Positions 37,489 through 52,400 of a stretch of 64,000 nucleotides of DNA are shown piece after piece. The translations under genes and the position numbers were made by a program. The notes below the pieces were generated by a model. It had not been told where the DNA came from. It did no database searches and saw only the letters and a program-made list of their open reading frames with translations. Each line of letters opens with the position of its first letter. Within the stretch, counting starts at the first letter, position 1. The DNA lies in assembly GCA_964016885.1 (NCBI GenBank), contig OZ024741.1, forward strand, positions 21,452,001 through 21,516,000, written 5' to 3'. The stretch comes from Eledone cirrhosa. Lineage: Eukaryota.

Positions 37489-40400
37489 TTACACATTGTG
37501 TTCTCAACCAAGACACTTTATTACATGTTGTGTTCTCAACCAAGACACTTTGTTACATGTTATGTTCTCAACCAAGACACTTTATTACATGTCTTCTCAA
37601 GCAAGACACTTTATTACATGTGTTCTCAACCAAGACACTTTATTACATGTTGTGTTCTCAACCAAGACACTTTGTTACATGTGTTCTCAAGCAAGACACT
37701 TTATTACATGTGTTCTCAACCAAGACACTTTATTACATGTTGTGTTCTCAACCAAGACACTTTATTACATGTTATGTTCTCAACCATGACACTTTATTAC
37801 AAGTGTTCTCAAACAAGACACGTTATTACATGTTGTGTTCTCAACCATGACACTTTATTACATGTTGTGTTCTCAACCAAGACACTTTATTACATGTTGT
37901 GTTCTCAACCAAGACACTTTATTACATGTTATGTTCTCAACCATGACACTTTATTACAAGTGTTCTCAAACAAGACACTTTATTACATGTTGTGTTCTCA
38001 ACCATGACACTTTATTACATGTTATGTTCTCAACCAAGACACTTTATTACATGGGTTCTCAAGCAAGACACTTTATTACATGTTATGTTCTCAACCAAGG
38101 TACTTTAATACATGTGTTCTCAAGCAAGACACTTTGTTACATGTGTTCACAAGCAAGACACTTTATTACATGTGTTCTCAACCAAGGCACTTTATTACAT
38201 GTTGTGTTCTCAACCAAGACACTTTATTACATGTTATGTTCTCAACCAAGACACTTTATTACATGTTGTGTTCTCAACCAAGACACTTTATTACATGTTG
38301 TGTTCTCAAGCAATACATTTATTACATGTGTTCTCAACCAAGACACTTTTTTACATGTTATGTTCTCAACCAAGACACTTTATTACATGTGTTCTCTACC
38401 AAGACACTTTACTACATGTTGTGTTCTCAACCATGACACTTTATTACATGTTATGTTCTCAACCAAGACACTTTATTACATGTGTTCTCAAGCAAGACAC
38501 TTTATTACATGTGTTCTCAACCAAGACTCTTTATTATATGTTATGTTCTCAACCATGACACTTTATTACATGTGTTCTCAAGCATGACACTTTACTACAT
38601 GTTGTGTTCTCAATCATGACACTTTATTACATGTTATGTTCTCAACCAAGACACTTTATTACATGTTGTGTTCTCAACCAAGACACTTTATTACATGTTA
38701 TGTTCTCAACAAAGACATTTTATTACATGTTGTGTTCTCAACCAAGACACTTCATTACATGTTATGTTCTCAACCATGACACTTTATTACATGTGTTCTC
38801 AACCATGACACTTTACTACATGTGTTCTCAATCATGACACTTTATTACATGTTATGTTCTCAACCAAGACACTTTATTACATGTGTTCTCAACCAAGACA
38901 CTTTATTACATGTTATGTTCTCAACAAAGACATTTTATTACATGTGTTCTCAACCAAGACACTTTATTACATGTTGTGTTCTCAACCAAGACACTTTATT
39001 ACATGTGTTCTCAACCAAGACACTTTATTACATGTGTTCTCAACCAAGACACTTTATTACATGTTGTGTTCTCAACCATGACAATTTATTACATGTTGTG
39101 TTCTCAACCAAGACACTTTATTACATGTGTTCTCAACCAAGACACTTTATTACATGTGTTCTCAACCAAGACACTTTATTACATGTGTTCTCAACCATGA
39201 CACTTTATTACATGTTGTGTTCTCAACCAAGACACTTTATTACATGTTATGTTCTCAACCAAGACACTTTATTACATGTCTTCTCAAGCGAGACACTTTA
39301 TTACGTATGTTCTCAACCAAGACACTTTATTACATGTTATGTTCTCAACCAAGTCACTTTATTACATGTGTTCTCAACCAAGACACTTTATTACATGCGT
39401 TCTCAACCATGACACTTTATTACATGTTATGTTCTCAACCATGTCACTTTATTACATGTTGTGTTCTCAACCATGACACTTTATTACATGTTATGTTCTC
39501 AACCAAGACACTTTATTACATGTGTTCTCAACCAAGACACTTTATTACATGTTATGTTCTCAACCAAGACACTTTATTGCATGTTGTGTTCTCAACCAAG
39601 ACACTTTATTACATGTTGTGTTCTCAACCATGACACTTTATTACATGTTATTTTCTCAACCAAGACACTTTATTACATGTTATGTTCTCAACCATGACAC
39701 TTTATTACATGTTGTGTTCTCAACCATGACACTTTATTACATGTTGTGTTCTCAACCATGACACTTTATTACATTTTGTCTTCTCAACCATGATACTTTA
39801 TTACATGTTGTGTTCTCAACCAAGACACTTTATTACATGTTGTGTTCTCAACCAAGACACTTTATTACATGTTGTGTTCTCTACCAAGACACTTTACTAC
39901 ATGTTGCTTTCTCAACCATGACACTTTATTACATGTTATGTTCTCAACCAAGACACTTTGTTACATGTGTGCTCAAGCAAGACACTTTATTACATGTGTT
40001 CTCAACCAAGACACTTTATTACATGTTATGTTCTCAACCATGACACTTTACTACATGTTGTGTTCTCAACCATGACACTTCATTACATTTTGTCTTCTCA
40101 ACCATGATACTTTATTACATGTTGTGTTCTCAACCAAGACACTTTATTACATGTTATGTTCTCAACCATGACACTTTATTATATGTGTTCTCAACCAAGA
40201 CACTTTATTACATGTTATGTTCTCAACCAAGACAATTTATTACATGTTGTGTTCTCAACCAAGACACTTTACTACATGTGTTTTCAACCATGACACTTTA
40301 CTACATGTTGTGTTCTCAACCATGACACTTTATTACATGTGTTCTCAACCATGACACTTTATTACATGTGTTCTCAACCAAGACACTTTATTACATGTGT

Positions 40401-43400
40401 TCTCAACCAAGACACTTTATTACATGTTATGTTCTACACCATGACACTTTATTACATGTTGTGTTCTCAACCAAGACACTTTATTACATGTTGTGTTCTC
40501 AAGCAACACACTTTATTACATGTGTTCTCAACCAAGACACTTTATTACATGTGTTCTCAAGCAAGACACTTCATTACATGTGTTCTCAAGCAAGACACTT
40601 TATTACATGTGTTCTCAAGCAAGACACTTTATTACATGTGTTCTCAACCAAGGCACTTTATTACATGTTGTGTTCTCAACCAAGACACTTTATTACATGT
40701 TGTGTTCTCAACCAAGACACTTTATTACATGTGTTCTCAAGCATGACACTTTACTACATGTTGTGTTCTCAATCAAGACACTTTATTACATGTTATGTTC
40801 TCAACCAAGACACTTTATTACATGTGTTCTCAAGCAAGACACTTTATTACATGTTGTGTTCTCAACCAAGACACTTCATTACATGTTATGTTCTCAACCA
40901 TGAGACTTTATTACATGTGTTCTCAACCATGACACTTTACTACATGTTGTGTTATCAATCATGACACTTTATTACATGTTATGTTCTCAACCAAGACTCT
41001 TTATTACATGTGTTCTCAACCAAGACACTTTATTACATGTTGTGTTCTCAACGAAGACACTTTATTACATGTGTTCTCAACCAAGACAATTTATTACATG
41101 TGTTCTCAACCAAGACACTTTATTACATGTTATGTTCTCAACCAAGACACTTTATTACATGGGTTCTCAAGCAAGACACTTTATTACATGTTATGTTCTC
41201 AACCAAGGTACTTTAATACATGTGTTCTCAAGCAAGACACTTTGTTACATGTGTTCACAAGCAAGACACTTTATTACATGTGTTCTCAACCAAGGCACTT
41301 TATTACATGTTGTGTTCTCAACCAAGACACTTTATTACATGTTGTGTTCTCAACCAAGACACTTTATTACATGTTATGTTCTCAACCAAGACACTTTATT
41401 ACATGTGTTCTCAACCAAGACACTTTATTACATGTTGTGTTCTCAAGCAATACATTTATTACATGTGTTCTCAACCAAGACACTTTTTTACATGTTATGT
41501 TCTCAACCAAGACACTTTATTACATGTGTTCTCTACCAAGACACTTTACTACATGTTGTGTTCTCAACCATGACACTTTATTACATGTTATGTTCTCAAC
41601 CAAGACACTTCATTACATGTGTTCTCAAGCAAGACACTTTATTACATGTGTTCTCAACCAAGACTCTTTATTATATGTTATGTTCTCAACCATGACACTT
41701 TATTACATGTGTTCTCAAGCATGACACTTTACTACATGTTGTTCTCAATCATGACACTTTATTACATGTTATGTTCTCAACCAAGACACTTTATTACATG
41801 TGTTCTCAAGCAAGACACTTTATTACATGTTGTGTTCTCAACCAAGACACTTCATTACATGTTATGTTCTCAACCATGACACTTTATTACATGTGTTCTC
41901 AACCATGACACTTTACTACATGTGTTCTCAATCATGACACTTTATTACATGTTATGTTCTCAACCAAGACACTTTATTACATGTTGTGTTCTCAACCAAG
42001 ACACTTTATTACATGTTATGTTCTCAACAAAGACATTTTATTACATGTGTTCTCAACCAAGACACTTTATTACATGTTGTGTTCTCAACCAAGACACTTT
42101 ATTACATGTGTTCTCGACCAAGACACTTTATTACATGTGTTCTCAACCAAGACACTTTATTACATGTTGTGTTCTCAACCATGACACTTTATTACATGTT
42201 GTGTTCTCAACCAAGACACTTTATTACATGTCTTCTCAAGCAAGACACTTTATTACATATGTTCTCAACCAAGACACTTTATTACATGTTATGTTCTCAA
42301 CCAAGACACTTTATTACATGTGTTCTTAACCAAGACACTTTATTACATGTGTTCTCAACCATGACACTTTATTACATGTTATTTTCTCAACCAAGCCACT
42401 TTATTATATGGTGTGTTCTCAAACAAGACACTTTATTACATGTTGTGTTCTCAACCAAGCCACTTTATTACATGTTATGTTCTCAACCAAGACACTTTAT
42501 TACATGTTATGTTCTCAACCATGACACTTTATTACATGTTGTGTTCTCAACCATGACACTTTATTACATGTTGTGTTCTCAACCATGACACTTTATTACA
42601 TTTTGTCTTCTCAACCATGATACTTTATTACATGTTGTGTTCTCAACCAAGACACTTTATTACATGTTGTGTTCTCAACCAAGACACTTTATTACATGTT
42701 GTGTTTTCTACCAAGACACTTTACTACATGTTGCTTTCTCAACCATGACACTTTATTACATGTTATGTTCTCAACCAAGACACTTTGTTACATGTGTGCT
42801 CAAGCAAGACACTTTATTACATGTGTTCTCAATCAAGACACTTTATTACATGTTATGTTCTCAACCATGACACTTTACTACATGTGTTCTCAACCATGAC
42901 ACTTCATTACATTTTGTCTTCTCAACCATGATACTTTATTAGATGTTGTGTTCTCAACCATGACACTTTATTATATGTGTTCTCAACCAAGACACTTTAT
43001 TACGTGTTCTCAACCAAGACACTTTATTACATGTTATGTTCTCAACCAAGACAATTTATTACATGTGTTCTCAACCAAGACACTTTACTACATGTGTTTT
43101 CAACCATGACACTTTATTACATGTGTTCTCAACCAAGACACTTTATTACATGTTATGTTCTACACCATGACACTTTATTACATGTTGTGTTCTCAACCAA
43201 GACACTTTATTACATGTTGTGTTCTCAAGCAACACACTTTATTACATGTGTTCTCAACCAAGACACTTTATTACAAGTGTTCTCAACCATGACACTTTAT
43301 TACATGTGTTCTCAACTAATACACTTTATTACATGTTGTGTTCTCAACCAAGACACTTTATTACATGTGTTCTCAAGCAAGACACTTCATTACATGTGTT

Positions 43401-46400
43401 CTCAAGCAAGACACTTTATTACATGTGTTCTCAAGCAAGACACTTTGTTACATGTGTTCTCAAGCAAGACACTTTATTACATGTGTTCTCAACCAAGGCA
43501 CTTTATTACATGTTGTGTTCTCAACCAAGACACTTTATTACATGTGTTCTCAAGCATGACACTTTACTACATGTTGTGTTCTCAATCATGACACTTTATT
43601 ACATGTTATGTTCTCAACCAAGACACTTTATTACATGTGTTCTCAAGCAAGACACTTTATTACATGTTGTGTTCTCAACCAAGACACTTCATTACATGTT
43701 ATGTTCTCAACCATGAGACTTTATTACATGTGTTCTCAACCATGACACTTTACTACATGTGTTATCAATCATGACACTTTATTACATGTTGTTCTCAACC
43801 AAGACTCTTTATTACATGTTGTGTTCTCAACCAAGGCACTTTATTACATGTTATGTTCTCAACAAAGACATTTTATTACATGTGTTCTCAACCAAGACAC
43901 TTTATTACATGTTGTGTTCTCAACGAAGACACTTTATTACATGTGTTCTCAACCAAGACAATTTATTATATGTGTTCTCAACCAAGACACTTTATTACAT
44001 GTTATGTTCTCAACCAAGACACTTTATTACATGGGTTCTCAAGCAAGACACTTTATTACATGTTATGTTCTCAACCAAGGTACTTTAATACATGTGTTCT
44101 CAAGCAAGACACTTTGTTACATGTGTTCACAAGCAAGACACTTTATTACATGTGTTCTCAACCAAGGCACTTTATTACATGTTGTGTTCTCAACCAAGAC
44201 ACTTTATTACATGTTGTGTTCTCAACCAAGACACTTTATTACATGTTATGTTCTCAACCAAGACACTTTATTACATGTGTTCTCAACCAAGACACTTTAT
44301 TACATGTTGTGTTCTCAAGCAATACATTTATTACATGTGTTCTCAACCAAGACACTTTTTTACATGTTATGTTCTCAACCAAGACACTTTATTACATGTG
44401 TTCTCTACCAAGACACTTTACTACATGTTGTGTTCTCAACCATGACACTTTATTACATGTTATGTTCTCAACCAAGACACTTCATTACATGTGTTCTCAA
44501 GCAAGACACTTTATTACATGTGTTCTCAACCAAGACTCTTTATTATATGTTATGTTCTCAACCATGACACTTTATTACATGTGTTCTCAAGCATGACACT
44601 TTACTACATGTTGTGTTCTCAATCATGACACTTTATTACATGTTATGTTCTCAACCAAGACACTTTATTACATGTGTTCTCAAGCAAGACACTTTATTAC
44701 ATGTTGTGTTCTCAACCAAGACACTTCATTACATGTTATGTTCTCAACCATGACACTTTATTACATGTGTTCTCAACCATGACACTTTACTACATGTGTT
44801 CTCAATCATGACACTTTATTACATGTTATGTTCTCAACCAAGACACTTTATTACATGTTGTGTTCTCAACCAAGACACTTTATTACATGTTATGTTCTCA
44901 ACAAAGACATTTTATTACATGTGTTCTCAACCAAGACACTTTATTACATGTTGTGTTCTCAACCAAGACACTTTATTACATGTGTTCTCGACCAAGACAC
45001 TTTATTACATGTGTTCTCAACCAAGACACTTTATTACATGTTGTGTTCTCAACCATGACACTTTATTACATGTTGTGTTCTCAACCAAGACACTTTATTA
45101 CATGTTATGTTCTCAATCAAGACACTTTATTACATGTCTTCTCAAGCAAGACACTTTATTACATATGTTCTCAACCAAGACACTTTATTACATGTTATGT
45201 TCTCAACCAAGACACTTTATTACATGTGTTCTTAACCAAGACACTTTATTACATGTGTTCTCAACCATGACACTTTATTACATGTTGTGTTCTCAACCAA
45301 GACACTTTATTATATGGTGTGTTCTCAAACAAGACACTTTATTACATGTTGTGTTCTCAACCAAGCCACTTTATTACATGTTATGTTCTCAACCAAGACA
45401 CTTTATTACATGTTATGTTCTCAACCATGACACTTTATTACATGTTGTGTTCTCAACCATGACACTTTATTACATGTTGTGTTCTCAACCATGACACTTT
45501 ATTACATTTTGTCTTCTCAACCATGATACTTTATTACATGTTGTGTTCTCAACCAAGACACTTTATTACATGTTGTGTTCTCAACCAAGACACTTTATTA
45601 CATGTTGTGTTTTCTACCAAGACACTTTACTACATGTTGCTTTCTCAACCATGACACTTTATTACATGTTATGTTCTCAACCAAGGTACTTTAATACATG
45701 TGTTCTCAAGCAAGACACTTTGTTACATGTGTTCACAAGCAAGACACTTTATTACATGTGTTCTCAACCAAGGCACTTTATTACATGTTGTGTTCTCAAC
45801 CAAGACACTCTATTACATGTTGTGTTCTCAACCAAGACACTTTATTACATGTTATGTTCTCAACCAAGACACTTTATTACATGTGTTCTCAAGCAAGACA
45901 CTTCATTACATGTGTTCTCAAGCAAGACACTTCATTACATGTGTTCTCAAGCAAGACACTTTGTTACATGTGTTCTCAAGCAAGACACTTTGTTACATGT
46001 GTTCTCAAGCAAGACACTTTATTACATGTGTTCTCAACCAAGGCACTTTATTACATGTTGTGTTCTCAACCAAGACACTTTATTACATGTGTTCTCAAGC
46101 ATGACACTTTACTACATGTTGTGTTCTCAATCATGACACTTTATTACATGTTGTGTTCTCAACCAAGACACTTCATTACATGTTATGTTCTCAACCATGA
46201 GACTTTATTACATGTGTTCTCAACCATGACACTTTACTACATGTGTTATCAATCATGACACTTTATTACATGTTGTTCTCAACCAAGACTCTTTATTACA
46301 TGTTGTGTTCTCAACCAAGGCACTTTATTACATGTTATGTTCTCAACAAAGACATTTTATTACATGTGTTCTCAACCAAGACACTTTATTACATGTTGTG

Positions 46401-49400
46401 TTCTCAACGAAGACACTTTATTACATGTGTTCTCAACCAAGACAATTTATTATATGTGTTCTCAACCAAGACACTTTATTACATGTTATGTTCTCAACCA
46501 AGACACTTTATTACATGGGTTCTCAAGCAAGACACTTTATTACATGTTATGTTCTCAACCAAGGTACTTTAATACATGTGTTCTCAAGCAAGACACTTTG
46601 TTACATGTGTTCACAAGCAAGACACTTTATTACATGTGTTCTCAACCAAGGCACTTTATTACATGTTGTGTTCTCAACCAAGACACTTTATTACATGTTG
46701 TGTTCTCAACCAAGACACTTTATTACATGTTATGTTCTCAACCAAGACACTTTATTACATGTGTTCTCAACCAAGACACTTTATTACATGTTGTGTTCTC
46801 AAGCAATACATTTATTACATGTGTTCTCAACCAAGACACTTTTTTACATGTTATGTTCTCAACCAAGACACTTTATTACATGTGTTCTCTACCAAGACAC
46901 TTTACTACATGTTGTGTTCTCAACCATGACACTTTATTACATGTTATGTTCTCAACCAAGACACTTCATTACATGTGTTCTCAAGCAAGACACTTTATTA
47001 CATGTGTTCTCAACCAAGACTCTTTATTATATGTTATGTTCTCAACCATGACACTTTATTACATGTGTTCTCAAGCATGACACTTTACTACATGTTGTGT
47101 TCTCAATCATGACACTTTATTACATGTTATGTTCTCAACCAAGACACTTTATTACATGTGTTCTCAAGCAAGACACTTTATTACATGTTGTGTTCTCAAC
47201 CAAGACACTTCATTACATGTTATGTTCTCAACCATGACACTTTATTACATGTGTTCTCAACCATGACACTTTACTACATGTGTTCTCAATCATGACACTT
47301 TATTACATGTTATGTTCTCAACCAAGACACTTTATTACATGTTGTGTTCTCAACCAAGACACTTTATTACATGTTATGTTCTCAACAAAGACATTTTATT
47401 ACATGTGTTCTCAACCAAGACACTTTATTACATGTTGTGTTCTCAACCAAGACACTTTATTACATGTGTTCTCGACCAAGACACTTTATTACATGTGTTC
47501 TCAACCAAGACACTTTATTACATGTTGTGTTCTCAACCATGACACTTTATTACATGTTGTGTTCTCAACCAAGACACTTTATTACATGTTATGTTCTCAA
47601 TCAAGACACTTTATTACATGTCTTCTCAAGCAAGACACTTTATTACATATGTTCTCAACCAAGACACTTTATTACATGTTATGTTCTCAACCAAGACACT
47701 TTATTACATGTGTTCTTAACCAAGACACTTTATTACATGTGTTCTCAACCATGACACTTTATTACATGTTGTGTTCTCAACCAAGACACTTTATTATATG
47801 GTGTGTTCTCAAACAAGACACTTTATTACATGTTGTGTTCTCAACCAAGCCACTTTATTACATGTTATGTTCTCAACCAAGACACTTTATTACATGTTAT
47901 GTTCTCAACCATGACACTTTATTACATGTTGTGTTCTCAACCATGACACTTTATTACATGTTGTGTTCTCAACCATGACACTTTATTACATTTTGTCTTC
48001 TCAACCATGATACTTTATTACATGTTGTGTTCTCAACCAAGACACTTTATTACATGTTGTGTTCTCAACCAAGACACTTTATTACATGTTGTGTTTTCTA
48101 CCAAGACACTTTACTACATGTTGCTTTCTCAACCATGACACTTTATTACATGTTATGTTCTCAACCAAGGTACTTTAATACATGTGTTCTCAAGCAAGAC
48201 ACTTTGTTACATGTGTTCACAAGCAAGACACTTTATTACATGTGTTCTCAACCAAGGCACTTTATTACATGTTGTGTTCTCAACCAAGACACTCTATTAC
48301 ATGTTGTGTTCTCAACCAAGACACTTTATTACATGTTATGTTCTCAACCAAGACACTTTATTACATGTGTTCTCAACCAAGACACTTTATTACATGTTGT
48401 GTTCTCAACCAAGACACTTTATTACATGTGTTCTCTACCAAGACACTTTACTACATGTTGTGTTCTCAACCATGACACTTTATTACATGTTATGTTCTCA
48501 ACCAAGACACTTCATTACATGTGTTCTCAAGCAAGACACTTTATTACATGTGTTCTCAACCAAGACTCTTTATTATATGTTATGTTCTCAACCATGACAC
48601 TTTATTACATGTGTTCTCAAGCATGACACTTTACTACATGTTGTGTTCTCAATCATGACACTTTATTACATGTTATGTTCTCAACCAAGACACTTTATTA
48701 CATGTGTTCTCAAGCAAGACACTTTATTACATGTTGTGTTCTCAACCAAGACACTTCATTACATGTTATGTTCTCAACCATGACACTTTATTACATGTGT
48801 TCTCAACCATGACACTTTACTACATGTGTTCTCAATCATGACACTTTATTACATGTTATGTTCTCAACCAAGACACTTTATTACATGTTGTGTTCTCAAC
48901 CAAGACACTTTATTACATGTTATGTTCTCAACAAAGACATTTTATTACATGTGTTCTCAACCAAGACACTTTATTACATGTTGTGTTCTCAACCAAGACA
49001 CTTTATTACATGTGTTCTCGACCAAGACACTTTATTACATGTGTTCTCAACCAAGACACTTTATTACATGTTGTGTTCTCAACCATGACACTTTATTACA
49101 TGTTGTGTTCTCAACCAAGACACTTTATTACATGTTATGTTCTCAACCAAGACACTTTATTACATGTCTTCTCAAGCAAGACACTTTATTACATATGTTC
49201 TCAACCAAGACACTTTATTACATGTTATGTTCTCAACCAAGACACTTTATTATATGGTGTGTTTTCAAACAAGACACTTTATTACATGTTGTGTTCTCAA
49301 CCAAGCCACTTTATTACATGTTATGTTCTCAACCAAGACACTTTATTACATGTTATGTTCTCAACCATGACACTTTATTACATGTTGTGTTCTCAACCAT

Positions 49401-52400
49401 GACACTTTATTACATGTTGTGTTCTCAACCATGACACTTTATTACATTTTGTCTTCTCAACCATGATACTTTATTACATGTTGTGTTCTCAACCAAGACA
49501 CTTTATTACATGTGTTCTCAACCAAGACACTTTATTACATGTTGTGTTTTCTACCAAGACACTTTACTACATGTTGCTTTCTCAACCATGACACTTTATT
49601 ACATGTTATGTTCTCAACCAAGACACTTTGTTACATGTGTGCTCAAGCAAGACACTTTATTACATGTGTTCTCAACCAAGACACTTTATTACATGTTATG
49701 TTCTCAACCATGACACTTTACTACATGTGTTCTCAACCATGACACTTCATTACATTTTGTCTTCTCAACCATGATACTTTATTACATGTTGTGTTCTCAA
49801 CCATGACACTTTATTATATGTGTTCTCAACCAAGACACTTTATTACGTGTTCTCAACCAAGACACTTTATTACATGTTATGTTCTCAACCAAGACAATTT
49901 ATTACATGTTGTGTTCTCAACCAAGACACTTTACTACATGTGTTTTCAACCATGACACTTTATTACATGTGTTCTCAACCAAGACACTTTATTACATGTT
50001 ATGTTCTACACCATGACACTTTATTACATGTTGTGTTCTCAACCAAGACACTTTATTACATGTTGTGTTCTCAAGCAACACACTTTATTACATGTGTTCT
50101 CAACCAAGACACTTTATTACAAGTGTTCTCAACCATGACACTTTATTACATGTGTTCTCAACTAATACACTTTATTACATGTTGTGTTCTCAACCAAGAC
50201 ACTTTATTACATGTGTTCTCAAGCAAGACACTTCATTACATGTGTTCTCAAGCAAGACACTTTATTACATGTGTTCTCAAGCAAGACACTTTGTTACATG
50301 TGTTCTCAAGCAAGACACTTTATTACATGTGTTCTCAACCAAGGCACTTTATTACATGTTGTGTTCTCAACCAAGACACTTTATTACATGTGTTCTCAAG
50401 CATGACACTTTACTACATGTTGTGTTCTCAATCATGACACTTTATTACATGTTATGTTCTCAACCAAGACACTTTATTACATGTGTTCTCAAGCAAGACA
50501 CTTTATTACATGTTGTGTTCTCAACCAAGACACTTCATTACATGTTATGTTCTCAACCATGAGACTTTATTACATGTGTTCTCAACCATGACACTTTACT
50601 ACATGTGTTATCAATCATGACACTTTATTACATGTTATGTTCTCAACCAAGACTCTTTATTACATGTTGTGTTCTCAACCAAGGCACTTTATTACATGTT
50701 ATGTTCTCAACAAAGACATTTTATTACATGTGTTCTCAACCAAGACACTTTATTACATGTTGTGTTCTCAACGAAGACAATTTATTACATGTGTTCTCAA
50801 CCAAGACACTTTATTACATGTTATGTTCTCAACCAAGACACTTTATTACATGGGTTCTCAAGCAAGACACTTTATTACATGTTATGTTCTCAACCAAGGT
50901 ACTTTAATACATGTGTTCTCAAGCAAGACACTTTGTTACATGTGTTCACAAGCAAGACACTTTATTACATGTGTTCTCAACCAAGGCACTTTATTACATG
51001 TTGTGTTCTCAACCAAGACACTTTATTACATGTTGTGTTCTCAACCAAGACACTTTATTACATGTTATGTTCTCAACCAAGACACTTTATTACATGTGTT
51101 CTCAACCAAGACACTTTATTACATGTTGTGTTCTCAAGCAATACATTTATTACATGTGTTCTCAACCAAGACACTTTTTTACATGTTATGTTCTCAACCA
51201 AGACACTTTATTACATGTGTTCTCTACCAAGACACTTTACTACATGTTGTGTTCTCAACCATGACACTTTATTACATGTTATGTTCTCAACCAAGACACT
51301 TCATTACATGTGTTCTCAAGCAAGACACTTTATTACATGTGTTCTCAACCAAGACTCTTTATTATATGTTATGTTCTCAACCATGACACTTTATTACATG
51401 TGTTCTCAAGCATGACACTTTACTACATGTTGTGTTCTCAATCATGACACTTTATTACATGTTATGTTCTCAACCAAGACACTTTATTACATGTGTTCTC
51501 AAGCAAGACACTTTATTACATGTTGTGTTCTCAACCAAGACACTTCATTACATGTTATGTTCTCAACCATGACACTTTATTACATGTGTTCTCAACCATG
51601 ACACTTTACTACATGTGTTCTCAATCATGACACTTTATTACATGTTATGTTCTCAACCAAGACACTTTATTACATGTTGTGTTCTCAACCAAGACACTTT
51701 ATTACATGTTATGTTCTCAACAAAGACATTTTATTACATGTGTTCTCAACCAAGACACTTTATTACATGTTGTGTTCTCAACCAAGACACTTTATTACAT
51801 GTGTTCTCGACCAAGACACTTTATTACATGTGTTCTCAACCAAGACACTTTATTACATGTTGTGTTCTCAACCATGACACTTTATTACATGTTGTGTTCT
51901 CAACCAAGACACTTTATTACATGTTATGTTCTCAATCAAGACACTTTATTACATGTCTTCTCAAGCAAGACACTTTATTACATATGTTCTCAACCAAGAC
52001 ACTTTATTACATGTTATGTTCTCAACCAAGACACTTTATTACATGTGTTCTTAACCAAGACACTTTATTACATGTGTTCTCAACCATGACACTTTATTAC
52101 ATGTTGTGTTCTCAACCAAGACACTTTATTATATGGTGTGTTCTCAAACAAGACACTTTATTACATGTTGTGTTCTCAACCAAGCCACTTTATTACATGT
52201 TATGTTCTCAACCAAGACACTTTATTACATGTTATGTTCTCAACCATGACACTTTATTACATGTTGTGTTCTCAACCATGACACTTTATTACATGTTGTG
52301 TTCTCAACCATGACACTTTATTACATTTTGTCTTCTCAACCATGATACTTTATTACATGTTGTGTTCTCAACCAAGACACTTTATTACATGTTGTGTTCT

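Noticed and set aside
37307-37789. 160-aa plus-strand ORF / possible further NOC3L exon
   Set aside because: It is the antisense reading of the RTE-like remnant running into array C, with no resemblance to the expected next NOC3L segment.
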